Both the position numbers and the translations under genes were made by a program. The notes below the pieces were generated by a model. The model was not told where the DNA came from. It did no database searches and saw only the letters and a program-made list of their open reading frames with translations. Positions 11,400 to 23,337 of a stretch of DNA of 58,426 bases are shown here, in pieces. The DNA is from Macrostomum lignano (lineage: Eukaryota). Where the stretch lies: contig NIVC01003035.1 of NCBI GenBank assembly GCA_002269645.1, positions 1 to 58,426 on the forward strand, in the 5' to 3' direction. Every line of letters starts with the position of its first letter. Positions within the stretch are counted from its first letter, which is position 1.

Positions 11400-14300
11400 A
11401 ACTAGATGATTGATGACTTGTGGCGATCATGGACTAATTTGTCAATATTAATAAATTGCTCTAATGTTTTAATTTTGTTCTTCATAGGCGTTTGAGGACT
11501 TTTTGTTACTGTTTTAATAATCACTACTTTAATATTTAAAATACAAAACCATTATTATTATTTGCATAAGTTATGCGAAGTGTATCCTAAAAACGGATTT
11601 TAAGGAGCTGTTATCTTTTTTAATTTTTTATAATTAATTTTCATTATAGCAATTTTGATTTACGTGAATTAGATTTAACTTTGTGTAATGGAAGCTGTCC
11701 TTGACCAATTTTTAGAGTTCCTGCGAGAGCCTATTTGACCATACGCTTCACTCAGTGTGGGTTTCGCACGACGTTAAAGCTGAGTCACAATATAAAAATT
11801 GCTTTGAGGAGAATTTCTCCTGCTATTTGTTCCATTTTTAAGATACATAATTTAGAAAAGGGTTAGTGAAATCGTCCGTAGGTAGGGTCGCGAGAGCATT
11901 GTTCGTTTGTAACTTGCGTGGCCCACTTCATGTCTTTTTTTACAGCTAGATAGAGGGTGAACACAAAAGATTTGCACGAGCCACTCCTATTGGATGCCAA
12001 AACCAAACACTTTTTGGCAGAAATTTTGGCAAAAATTTTGGTTTTGGCAGAAATTTTGGCAGCCAATAGAAATGTTGAGTGCTGCGGTTAGTGCTCTAGT
12101 AGTCGAGTATGCATGCCACGAAAAATTTAAATTAGCGCTCCATGTTCTTGAATGTCTTCTATTATCTTTAAGTACAAATCTAGAACAGCATTAAAGCCAT
12201 TTCAAAGCCTCGGGACAAAGCGAATGTGCAGGAGCAAATTATTGACTTTTGTAAAAGCATTGTATGCCTCGAGTGGACAATTTTTATGCATAGATGGTAG
12301 CTGACTGATCGTTAAAAGCAAAGCTAGTAAGATTGGCTTATTGAAGGGCGTTATGCAATGGGAGAAAAGACTATTATTAAATTTGATGCTAGTTTTGAAA
12401 TGATGAAACCTGAAAATAGGTTATTTTAACCCACGAATCAAAAATTTCTTGTGGTTTTACTCACGAAATCGCGCAAAAAGCAATTTTTTAAAACTTTTGA
12501 AAAATCACTAAAATCACTGTTTTCAGACAATTTTCACCTGTTTTTAGTCGATTTTTATCTGTTTTTTGTGATTTTTCAAAATGGGTTGCGCTCAAACCTA
12601 CTTTTCCTATACTACTAACGCAGTTTAAAATGCTCTGTTGAAAATGCAGCAATTTAAGGTACGAGTATGTCATTCGTATTGTGTCGCATGTGCCATACAT
12701 TTTCTTCCTGCATTTCATTGCCACCTCCAGACTCTGTGTTTGTGACTACCTGTGCGCTCTCGCTCCCTTGTCCTATCGTAATTCCCTTACAATTTCCTTC
12801 TTTATTCCCCCCCTGTGACTATGCCTGCCTTCCACATGTCCTTTTCCTGCCTCCATTTAAAGTTCCTTCAACCAGGACGTGGTCTGTGGCTGCCATTCAA
12901 TCTTCCAATCTCGAAACCTACTCCTCCAGGTAAGCCTTCGGGAAAGTAAGACCGGATACTATACAAGCTACAATGCAAATCTTACCATCGAACTTGCTCC
13001 AGCACTTGTATCAGTAGCCTTCATGACGAGATGCTTTCATTCGTTTTCTGTTAGTAAAAAACGACTTATAGGTGTTTTTTTAAGTCAACGAGCCAAAGGC
13101 AGTTTTATTTTATTGACGCAGCAAGTGAATGTAGCTATTCCAAAGTAGCGAAATAAATAGGATTAAAGCTACATGCATGCATACTCGATTTTTATTTACT
13201 TATAATAACAGTCACAGTGTTAGTGACATCTAACCTGAGTGTTGGGCGTTGGTCCAAAACTCTTGTACGTCTAAATTTCGTATTTTATTTGCATTTTCGC
13301 CCCCCCCCCCACGGAGTCAGTATAACACCATAGCTTTCGCGTCCAATGCTTCGATACAATCAGTCCGAAATATGTTGGTTTAATTACGAGCGTACATATT
13401 AGCGATAAGCTGAGATAGCATCATTTCTGCGTGAAACAAAGATGTTACAGCATCCTCATTCCTCCACCCCGCGCTCGAACCAATAAAGCTACATCCTACA
13501 TCGGTTCTTAAAAGTGATGTAACATTCTTGCAGGCGAGTTCGAGTCCAGTCGAACTGATTTCTACTGAACCCTGGCAAAGTATGCTGTGGCAGTTAAATT
13601 ATGATTGTGGATTGTCGTTGTGCTTTTTATCTTCCGTTGCCTCCTTCTCGCATGTTGACAATGAAAGTTAATTATTATAGTAATTACGCTTTGTATAAAG
13701 CCTTGAGCTCGAAGAGTTATAAAGAAATATATATAATAAACTAATTATGCTGCGCTGATGAAAATTCACGACGCATTAAGCCACTCGAGGGATAATTTGT
13801 CAAATTTCGTGGACCCGACGTAATTATGATGTTAGGAAACATTAAGGGATTCTGAGAAAGTCACCAAAGCATTCGCCGTGACACATCGACGCTCTCCAGC
13901 AGTCTTCTGAACGCAAAATTATGGTTTCGGTCGAGAAGACTTCAGTAAATTAGGGCTTTTCGCGTTGTTCAAAACATTTTTGGCATCACACTGGACTGCA
14001 GTGCTAGGCGTTCTTTTTTTTAATAGACTTTAGGACAAAAATAAAACTTCGCGCTCGACTCAACCTTTCAGTAGAGTTTTACTGCGTGCTGTGCTGCTAC
14101 TTTTGAAATGTGTCAGCAAGTTAATTGGATAAACATTGATGGGTTTCGGCCTTTTCGGCTCCTTTCGGGAAGCCTTTGGGCCCCAGGTCTCAGAAATAAA
14201 TCAATTAGACTCCTGGCCCCCCACTCCTGTCAGATGGTCAGCCCCAAGGTAGCTTGATCGGTGACGAGCAGCTTAGGTCCTATAGCTAAGAGAGGGACAG

Positions 14301-15438
14301 CGAGAGAAAAGCAGGGAGAATTTTGAAGGTAGAGATCAGCTAATCCGCAGATTAACTAACCCGCTGCCACCAGCCCGTGCGTCCTGGCTCACCAAACCGG
14401 GACTTTCGAAATCGGGCTTCCGACTAGAAGGGGCTTTGCACTGCCAACTAGTGTCTTTTTGCTGTCTATCTCGAAGTCATAGCCGATGATAAGGGACACT
14501 GCTGGGACTTGATCGCATTGGCCATGCAAAATTATGTGAGAGAGATCCTACCAAGAGATCCTATCAGTTCCCTCGGGGACATACGTACAGAGGGGACTTG
14601 TGCAGGGGATTCTTGCAGTGGCGAGATTATGGGGTAGCTACGTGTACTATTACATGGCTAAATACGAGGAATTTTACTTTTGGCCTTCAACGCGCCAACT
14701 AGCCTCTCGTAGCGCTGATGATAGGCTAACTCGAACATCGGAGACCGCATGATTCATTGCCCGAGCCGCTTGGCGAACCTAGAGTGCACAGAGTACATCT
14801 CTAGCACCGATTTTGCACTATTGGCAATTTTGCTCACTGATTTGATAGATTGATCGACTGAGAACTGCCTTGCCATTGGTCCACTGTGACTGTGTACTAG
14901 CTTAGCTACTCATCTGAGCCATCGGCGAACAAAGAAATAAAACCGATAGAAATAACTGTCAGATTTAACCTTCTCACTGATCACTTCACACCTCAGATTT
15001 AATTGGAGTTTCAGACTACTAACAGTATTATTAAATGATATCTGCCTCAATAACAGCACTACTGAACAAAATGAGCAAAAGTGTGCGCCTAATCCAGCGA
15101 CTGAAATAGGGGAAAGATAAGGGATCACCCAATCAAGCAAGTCTAGGTAGCCTCTCACCCAACCAATCAGAAACTCAACAGCCGGAGACCAGGTAACCCA
15201 CAGTGACCGAATCGGCTTAGTGCTTCGCAGCTGTAGACCCGGGATAATGCTGATGTCACAATCTTCGCAGATAGCTAGCAGGTGATGATCTTAACCTTGA
15301 TGTTCGCTGCTGACGACCGGGGGGATTCGTCCTTAATGATGATGGGGGGAGTCGCGATCCGGGGATCAAGAGACGACGGTCGCGTGTAGCAGCCGGGTGA
15401 CCGGCTAAGTTGAAGTCCGAGCGGGCCAAAAACGCCGG

Positions 15439-15540
15439 TTTTTATAGCCGCCAACTGGTCCGCAATTTGTTATAATGAAACACCTCGACTCTGATTGGCT
15501 GAGCCGATTTGTTATAACTGATGTCGAATTTTCTGATTGG
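15439..15540 (-). promoter_or_regulatory. Putative Pol II promoter (CCAAT-CCAAT-TATA) on the minus strand
   Basis: Minus-strand TATAAAAA at 15439-15446 and AGCCAATCAG boxes around 15494-15498 and 15536-15540, inside a short duplicated block. Confidence 0.4.
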
Positions 15541-18500
15541 CTAAGCTTGTTGCCAACCAAACTCACATGACCAGAAGATCCTACCAGTTCCCTCGGGGCC
15601 AATAAAATACGCCAGGTGCTGTCATAAATCACTCAAAATCGCTACTAATGATTTATGACCTTTCGCGTAGGAGTGACAAAAATTAATGAAAAAATATACA
15701 TTAGAAAGATCTTATTAAGTAGAACGTGAAGGTGGTGAAGAGAAATTGCTAATCGCTAATCCCAAAGTACTTTTAGGGGTAAAACGCATAGCTGTCAAAG
15801 CTGTCACACGCTTGAGTGAACACGAACAATAGGCCCTGACCTCATAAATCTGATGGCCTGTCAAAAATGATGAGAAAAAAGCTACCGCTCGCATCCTCTC
15901 AAACCATCTGGCGCCAGCCTCAGCACTGAGTGAGGCGCAGGTGGCTGTCAGACCAGCTCAAAAGCAATGATTTATGACCCCAAAAGCAGCAAAAACCGCG
16001 CCTATGTTATTATGGCTACAAGTATGGGAGATTCATATAGCTACAAAAGTATGAATTCTAGAAAATTTAAATAAAAAGAAGAAAAATGCCCATAGCCTGC
16101 TGTTAGTAGGCTAGCAAGTTTGGAACCCATGCGCCTGCGTGAAATTTGGAAAAAGTGCGTCCTCATCAACATTTTTAATATTAAGGGAAACTAACAGTCA
16201 TTAAATCTAGTGTACATAGATAATATGACTTTGGAGTATTGGAAAAGCAAACCGCGGCGGAATTAGGAACCAGCTTTACTAGGGGGTTTTCATTTTCAGC
16301 CCAAAAAAATTATTATTGCTTTTGATAAAACGCAGATCCAGTGTTCATCTTTTGATATGTTTTACCATTCCTTTAGCTCTATTGAATATTATAGTAAATA
16401 TTTTTGCTTAGAAAATTATGGTTTTAAGTTAATTAGGTAGTAGGGCATTATTTAGGAACGGGAATTACTTGCGGGGAAATATGCTTTTTGCCTACTATCA
16501 GTAGTTTTAACCCGGGGAAATAATTAGAGCAGGGGTAAATCGCTAGTTTTCGGGATCCTTTAAAAGTACAGAGCAGTTGGGCTCTTGAAAAAGCATCCTG
16601 CGTTGGTTTTGTCTCGCATAGAGACGCCTAACCGCAGTCACTCCTGTGAAACTTGTCTCTGCCTGGCTGAAAGCTTGTAATGAGTGAGTAGGCTGGGTTG
16701 GAGGGTAATAGTGGATCGGGAAGGGCTGTGGGTAGCTGTATAGGAAGGCAGGCCTATACCTGTACCAAGGTGCCCGACGGACTCCCTCGGAGTGCCCTCT
16801 GAGCGTACAGCCAGCGACCCTATTAAAGCTGGAGTGTGCCAGAACCAGGACTGAGTCTGAGCAGGACGAGACCGTTGGCACGGTCACAATAGAAATGGCG
16901 GTTTGGCGAAGCAAAGGGTGAAACAGTCCCGGCGATTAGCCCTCCTGCCGCTTCAAAGATAAGAGACTGTCTGGCAAGAGTACCCGGGGTTTAGTTGGGG
17001 GGGGGGGGGGAGGCTCCTTCGGGTCGCCACGGCCGTGGGGGGCGGTCAAATGACCGGCATTGGCTTATCTAACCCAGGAGTAGGCACGGGCTTCCCTGAA
17101 TGGTTCACTCAACCCCCTCTGGCCCCGGGGAGGTTTTTGATATGTACCCGGGGGTGGTGGGCGGTCGGCCCCAGCATGGTTGCCACGGCTCTAGGCCTTC
17201 GGGCCATCCCTAATAGGCTAAGGGGCCTTCTAACCTGGTTTTTTGGGCACGGGCTCCCTGACTGGTTCGTCGAACCGCTGTCACTGTCCCCCGGGGAGGT
17301 TTGGATTTTATGTTATTGCCCTGTACAGTCCTCTATAGTCTAATTGGCTTTTAGTGTACATTAGTACACTCCCAATCTGGAATCTAAATTATCTCTAGTG
17401 GCGTAAGAGCCTTTTTACTTAGGCTGAGGCGCCGGAAGTACTTATCATAGTCATAGTCATAGCTCTTGAAAATAACAAGATCTTGCTTGTCTTGCGAATA
17501 GTCTTGCGAATAACAAGGAATTCGGTAAGAAAAGGAAAAGAAAGGGGAAAACTAAATAGGAATTGCACAAGAGGAGTCTGGCCTCAAGGTAATTGAGTCT
17601 TGCCCAAGCACAATTAATGGAAATATGAATTAAGGGGAATTAATGTAACCAACCGTTTTGTACGTTAAAACATTAATTATTATTAGCAAAAACTTGTGTT
17701 ACTAGAAATCTCATTGGTGTCCTGACTCAATTCTTTAACTCTAAATACCAGAATTAGGGATCGAAAGCAGGAACCTGGTGGCAGCGAAATCTACCAATAT
17801 ACCCCGAAAATCCAATAAGTTCTAAAGTAGACAAAACCAGTAAGCCTTGACTACAGGTACCACGCTTGTCCATTAGGTAGTACGTTAAATGAGAGATGTA
17901 AAAGTCGGTGGTTCTAATTGGGTTCACTTTTGTTTTTACAGTTTTCCGTATGGAAATGTCAGGCTAAAATAAATACAAGCCGGGTGCTTTTTAATTATAG
18001 AAAAGATAAGATAATTTCATAGAAAATTCTAGAATTCGAGAATATTGTGCGCGGGAGTTTAAATGGCCAGCTAATATAGAACTTTGTTCACGCAGAAATT
18101 TCTAGAAAGGTACATACGTACGTACATGCTTACATGTCCTGTGTCCTATCTAATAAGGCTTGGCACAGCTCGACTCATTCGCTTTATGAACCTATTTTAT
18201 CATCTGTGTTACACATATTTGTTACATAGTCAGCTAAAGAATGATAAAACATATTAATAAAACTACAGCTAATGAGTCCAGTCGTGCTATTTTTAGGTCA
18301 GAACATGTACGATTGTGCTCATGACATAAAATTAACATGGAATCCACATTTTTTTAATGGAAAGCTTTATGAATATCATTAGAGCAATATGAAAGATACT
18401 ACATATCAAAAGACGAACATGGGGTCTACATGCCTCCTATCAAAAGCAGTAACAATTTTTGTGCTGAAAAAAACTGAAAAAAACCCTGTTTCCGTAATGT

Positions 18501-18687
18501 ATTTTTTAGAGAAACCCAGTTTCCCGTACCTATTCTACTTATAAGTAGTCACTGATGCTTACTCTTTAAATTCGTGGCTTCATATTTGAAAAAATGTTAA
18601 AAATATAAGTGACATTAGTGATAAGGAAAATTTTCAGTTGATTAAAAGCTTTAAAATGTCGGTAAAACCTATTCAAATTTAGTAAAA

Positions 18688-20164
18688 GGGGATGTCAACT
18701 TAAGCACCAGAATGGAGCCCGAAGTTCAGCTCCGGACCAAACCGACTGCAATCGATAACTTGTCGGCCCAGACGACTAGAATCGCCGAGACATCCCATCC
18801 GGCTCCCTTCCTTGGGGTCCCAGGGATAAAGGGGATAAAATGGGGATCTCATGTCAACTTAAGGCCCTGGAATGGAGCCCGAAGTTCAGCTCCGGACCAA
18901 ACCGACTGCAATCGATAACTTGTCGGCCCAGACGACTAGAATCGCCGAGACATCCCATCCGGCTCCCTTCCTTGGGGTCCCAGGGGATAAAGGGGATAAA
19001 ATGGGGATCTCATGTCAACTTAAGGCCCTGGAATGGAGCCCGAAGTTCAGCTCCGGACCAAACCGACTGCAATCGATAACTTGTCGGCCCAGACGACTAG
19101 AATCGCCGAGACATCCCATCCGGCTCCCTTCCTTGGGGTCCCAGGGGATAAAGGGGATAAAATGGGGATCTCATGTCAACTTAAGGCCCTGGAATGGAGC
19201 CCGAAGTTCAGCTCCGGACCAAACCGACTGCAATCGATAACTTGTCGGCCCAGACGACTAGAATCGCCGAGACATCCCATCCGGCTCCCTTCCTTGGGGT
19301 CCCAGGGGATAAAGGGGATAAAATGGGGATCTCATGTCAACTTAAGCACCAGAATGGAGCCCGAAGTTCAGCTCCGGACCAAACCGACTGCAATCGATAA
19401 CTTGTCGGCCCAGACGACTAGAATCGCCGAGACATCCCATCCGGCTCCCTTCCTTGGGGTCCCAGGGGATAAAGGGGATAAAATGGGGATCTCATGTCAA
19501 CTTAAGGCCCTGGAATGGAGCCCGAAGTTCAGCTCCGGACCAAACCGACTGCAATCGATAACTTGTCGGCCCAGACGACTAGAATCGCCGAGACATCCCA
19601 TCCGGCTCCCTTCCTTGGGGTCCCAGGGGATAAAGGGGATAAAATGGGGATCTCATGTCAACTTAAGCACCAGAATGGAGCCCGAAGTTCAGCTCCGGAC
19701 CAAACCGACTGCAATCGATAACTTGTCGGCCCAGACGACTAGAATCGCCGAGACATCCCATCCGACTCCCTTCCTTGGGGTCCCAGGGGATAAAGGGGAT
19801 AAAATGGGGATCTCATGTCAACTTAAGGCTCTGGAATGGAGCCCGAAGTTCAGCTCCGGACCAAACCGACTGCAATCGATAACTTGTCGGCCCAGACGAC
19901 TAGAATCGCCGAGACATCCCATCCGGCTCCCTTCCTTGGGTCCCAGGGGATAAAGGGGATAAAATGGGGATCTCATGTCAACTTAAGGCCCTGGAATGGA
20001 GCCCGAAGTTCAGCTCCGGACCAAACCGACTGCAATCGATAACTTGTCGGCCCAGACGACTAGAATCGCCGAGACATCCCATCCGGTTTCAAGTGACGAA
20101 GCTCTATTCTATTCGAATATCGCATTAGCGGGTGTATTTTATTTTAGCTATTATATATTGTTTG
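18688..20164 (+). repeat. Left TIR: ~9 tandem copies of a 160-161-bp unit (18688-20086) plus ~78 bp unique inner TIR
   Basis: ATGGAGCCCGAAG recurs at 18712, 18872, 19033, 19194, 19354, 19515, 19675, 19836, 19996. Inner segment tttcaagtgacgaagctc...ctattatatattg starts at 20087. Confidence 0.95.
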
Positions 20165-20400
20165 CATTGTAATATTTCCGTCGTTTAATTTTTCCGGATT
20201 TTTGAGAATGTTTTCGCGGTTTTGATTTGACCACTTTAGGCGAGAGATTTTTGATACTGTGCGTCAAGTATTTGTAGCATTAGTTTAAGTGATATATTTT
20301 AAGTGATATATTAATGAAGTTAAGGTTTTGGTCAGTTTTTCTTACTTAGTTTTATGACAGGTGCAGATTTGTTGCAGATTGCGTTTTATACTTGCTAGTA

Positions 20401-23337
20401 ATGTCCGATGTTACTTGCTCTCAATGTGGTCATCAATTCAGCAAAGCAGCCAATTTGAACCGACATCTCGAAACGACTAGATGTGGTCGCTGCTCATCTG
20501 AATCGTCTGGAGCCTTCGCGCCTCCGAGAAACGCACGAGAGGCGCTTCAGTTTCTTGCGGTCGGTGGTAAGTATGTGAAAGTTTTTTTGAACCCAAACCT
20601 TTTTCCACGAACCGCAAATGAGAAGGAGTTCAAACGTATTTGCGGTCTTAGCTATAGTGATTTCGATAGCTTCTCAGAAATGTTACCAGAAGTATCTCGC
20701 CTTCGTATTTTGACAAAGCCATCTCGAATATTTTTGTACCTGAAGAAGCTTCGCCAAGGTTGCAGCTTTCAATCATTAGCTTTCGATTTCAACATTTCTG
20801 CCCAAAGAGCATGCAACATTTTTTGGGAGATTGCCAAGGAGCAGTACCTACGGGATCCATATCAACCGAGGTCGATAGCGTCGACTCCGATTCAGACTCT
20901 GCTTGAGGAAAATGTAGTACGCGATCAATTTATTCTCGGTGTATTTCACACACTACTCAAAGGCAAGAAGCTTGTTCTTCTAGTGGGTGATCATACTTAC
21001 TTTTATCTCCCTAAGAGCAGCTCACACCACACGCAAATTCGAACTTACTTTTCCGGCAAGAAAATGAATGTGAACAAAAAAATGGCGGTTGTCAACAGTA
21101 GAGGAAAAATTATCTACACCGCTCCCCTTACCGCCGCTATCTCGCCAACAATGGGCGATGGGAATTTGACTGCAATGCAAGTTGACATGGAGGCTGAAGG
21201 ACTAATAGAGCCCATTTTGTTGCGCATTCTGTGCTCTGTACAGAAAGATTATCACGTTATTGGCATTTTCGACAAAGGTTACAGCCACCAACTTTGTTCA
21301 CCAACTTCGGTTAACTTCCGCGACTTTATAGAGACTAATAGTAAAGGCTGCACGACGCTTCTATTTCCGACCAGTCCAGGTGACCGAGTTCTAAACGAGC
21401 AGTTTGAATTTGTAAATAATGAGGCTCCTGTTGGTGACCGATCAATACCAGGAAAGCTTACATCAATCGAAGCAAATACAAGTCGCTGCGCTACGCTTTT
21501 CCGTTATCTCGTAGAATGTAGCTTTGCTGCAATCAAGCAGGACAAATGCATAAATGAGCGACAGGAGCCGTACCAATGGCTACATGCCCCAGAGTTTACC
21601 GAACGCAGCCGGCTCGATGTTGTTATTGAAAACTCCATGGCAAAATTCAACCGTTCGCATCCAGGATTTCAAGCTACAAGGAGTCTGCCGCCGTCATGGT
21701 CAGATTGCTCCATGTTCGAATACGGACGGAACTTTGCTAAACGTCTTTTCATTGCGAATGAGCTAGACGAAATTGAGCAACTTGAGTACAATTGCGATTT
21801 GACTCGAATACCAACGAGTTCTACCCGAAAATGGACAGCAGTGGATCCCCTGGACCCTGAAAGTTCAGGGTTCCCCAGCGTTGACGAAAGAAATCTGGAA
21901 GAGCTTAGCATCGGCCCATACCACGTTCTTCAGTCAAAACGCTACATCGAAAACGTCAGAGTTCATGAGGTGCTCAGTAGCTACGCTGGAGACTCGTGGC
22001 GCGATTTCGAATTGTTGATTTCTGAACTGCCAAGCCATTTAAAATGCTGGAAGTTTCATCAGCGAGCGCCACCAAAGGGGTGGAGCAGTAAGTTTGGAGA
22101 ATGGAGGCCATCTTGGATATATTTAGCCGTTCTTCATTCCCGTCATCGGTCAAAAACTTACCGAGTTGTCCTTCGTATTTGCGAAACTGCAAGTGGTAAC
22201 CGATTCGGATTTCGTGACTCGGGGCTGCTGCGTCTGCATGGCTACTTTTCATCCTCAAAGGCCGGAAGCAGGACAGCAGGGTGTGACAGTCATGTTATGG
22301 CTGTGGTTAGAATGCTAGGCTGTTATGCATATCACCCCGAAAGCTACAACATGTGCGGCAGCAGCTTCCGATTTATTGACAGTGCTTTGCCAAAAGCACT
22401 GATTGCCAATCTTTACAATGATCAATCTGGTGGTCATCCAGCTCCAAATGCACCTCGCAGAGACAGTGCTGAATCGCAGCAAGATGAACAGAGGCACAGT
22501 TCAAATGCTACTGGTTCATTGAATTCGCCGAAGAAGTTATTTGGGTTGCCAAATAATGGCCTGCAGTGCTACGCAAATGCAGCAGTGCAATTGTTTCTCT
22601 GCCTGCATTCTAATGGATGCATTTTAAAAGAGACTAGCAACGACCAAGTCCATCGAGAGCTGCTTCGTCTTCTGACGGAGATGCAACAGCGGTCTGCAAC
22701 AGTCACTCCACTGTTAACGGCAGTTCAGTTGCAACATCCAGATTCATTTCAAACAAATCAGCACCATTGCGTCAACGAATTTGTTCAAACGCTTCTAATA
22801 CATCTGGAATTTCTGTCATCAGATGCTTTCACAGAATTTTCACTCATTCAAACTTGTCGGGATTGCCAGCGCACAAGTGCTGAAGTTCCTGTTGGCACAA
22901 TCGATAACAGAGTGATTTGCATTCCTCTCTGTCAATTTGAGCGCTCAATTGTCAGTTTAGACAAAATCTTCTGCGCTTTTGTCGCTCCTCAGGTAGTGAA
23001 ATGTTCGGACGCCAATTGCCTGGGCGATTGTAATCAAGAGATCGTAGTAACACCTGGAAAGTTTACCCTGATATATCTTGATCGTGCTAGTATGGATGGC
23101 CACCTTAAGCTTCAAACTCCTGTAAGCTTTTCTTCAAGGTCAGGGGGTGTTTCTACACTTGGTAAGCCAGTGGCCACAATATCACACCATGGAAACCGAC
23201 TGAAATCGGGACATTTCACAGCAAGCGTACTGAGCTGTGTGTGGACGAGAATTGACGACATGAAAGTTACGTCAGACTATAACCCGTTCGTACGTGAGCC
23301 TGAGTGCATCGTGCTCGTTGCACTTTTAAACTCGTAA
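20401..23337 (+). CDS. Transposase-deubiquitinase fusion (978 aa): C2HC zinc finger, HTH_Tnp_4, DDE_Tnp_4, degenerate SWIM, USP/peptidase C19-like domain
   Basis: Cx2Cx12Hx5C at the N-terminus. IFLYLKKLRQG.SFQSLAFDFNIS HTH. D(20989, VGDHT), D(21271, FDKGY), E(21514, LVECSF). USP Cys box GLPNNGLQCYAN (C at 22567), His box HHG...SGHFTA (H at 23212), WTRIDD (23254). No stop or shift. Confidence 0.88.
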   Translation: MSDVTCSQCGHQFSKAANLNRHLETTRCGRCSSESSGAFAPPRNAREALQFLAVGGKYVKVFLNPNLFPRTANEKEFKRICGLSYSDFDSFSEMLPEVSRLRILTKPSRIFLYLKKLRQGCSFQSLAFDFNISAQRACNIFWEIAKEQYLRDPYQPRSIASTPIQTLLEENVVRDQFILGVFHTLLKGKKLVLLVGDHTYFYLPKSSSHHTQIRTYFSGKKMNVNKKMAVVNSRGKIIYTAPLTAAISPTMGDGNLTAMQVDMEAEGLIEPILLRILCSVQKDYHVIGIFDKGYSHQLCSPTSVNFRDFIETNSKGCTTLLFPTSPGDRVLNEQFEFVNNEAPVGDRSIPGKLTSIEANTSRCATLFRYLVECSFAAIKQDKCINERQEPYQWLHAPEFTERSRLDVVIENSMAKFNRSHPGFQATRSLPPSWSDCSMFEYGRNFAKRLFIANELDEIEQLEYNCDLTRIPTSSTRKWTAVDPLDPESSGFPSVDERNLEELSIGPYHVLQSKRYIENVRVHEVLSSYAGDSWRDFELLISELPSHLKCWKFHQRAPPKGWSSKFGEWRPSWIYLAVLHSRHRSKTYRVVLRICETASGNRFGFRDSGLLRLHGYFSSSKAGSRTAGCDSHVMAVVRMLGCYAYHPESYNMCGSSFRFIDSALPKALIANLYNDQSGGHPAPNAPRRDSAESQQDEQRHSSNATGSLNSPKKLFGLPNNGLQCYANAAVQLFLCLHSNGCILKETSNDQVHRELLRLLTEMQQRSATVTPLLTAVQLQHPDSFQTNQHHCVNEFVQTLLIHLEFLSSDAFTEFSLIQTCRDCQRTSAEVPVGTIDNRVICIPLCQFERSIVSLDKIFCAFVAPQVVKCSDANCLGDCNQEIVVTPGKFTLIYLDRASMDGHLKLQTPVSFSSRSGGVSTLGKPVATISHHGNRLKSGHFTASVLSCVWTRIDDMKVTSDYNPFVREPECIVLVALLNS

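Larger units (their letters stand above)
1..11409. mobile_element. Endogenous Polinton/Maverick (adintovirus-like) element, right portion. Major capsid, integrase and left end are not in the window; right boundary uncertain.
   Basis: Compact, intronless, AT-rich cluster of A32 ATPase, penton-like, adenain-like protease, fibre-like and protein-primed PolB ORFs. Structural genes on +, PolB convergent on -. No TIR or TSD identified. Confidence 0.9.

Noticed and set aside
11020-11409. Alternative-frame ORFs (LLTSKA, CQQCLG, VSSALD, MSAVPW repeats)
   Set aside because: Shadows of the 18-bp repeat; only 10818-11399 has a plausible unique N-terminus.
11410-13300. Right TIR or terminus of the Polinton
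   Set aside because: No partner end is in the window and no clear ACTACT-type terminus with TSD was seen; boundary left undefined.
14130-14175. Possible hammerhead ribozyme (minus strand gccgaaaaggccGAAAC)
   Set aside because: Stem II and GAAAC are present, but the upstream core reads CCGAAAG, not CUGANGA.
15620-16010. TCATAAATC / ATGATTTATGAC short inverted motifs, possible MITE
   Set aside because: No defined TIR ends or TSD could be established by eye.
12488-16914. Scattered 60-120 aa ORFs
   Set aside because: No recognisable motifs, splice structure or codon bias; consistent with chance ORFs.
18712-20042. MEPEVQLRTKP... ORFs here, and their inverted equivalents at 23980-26377
   Set aside because: By-products of the 161-bp repeat (not a multiple of 3); frames cycle each unit and no protein motif is present.
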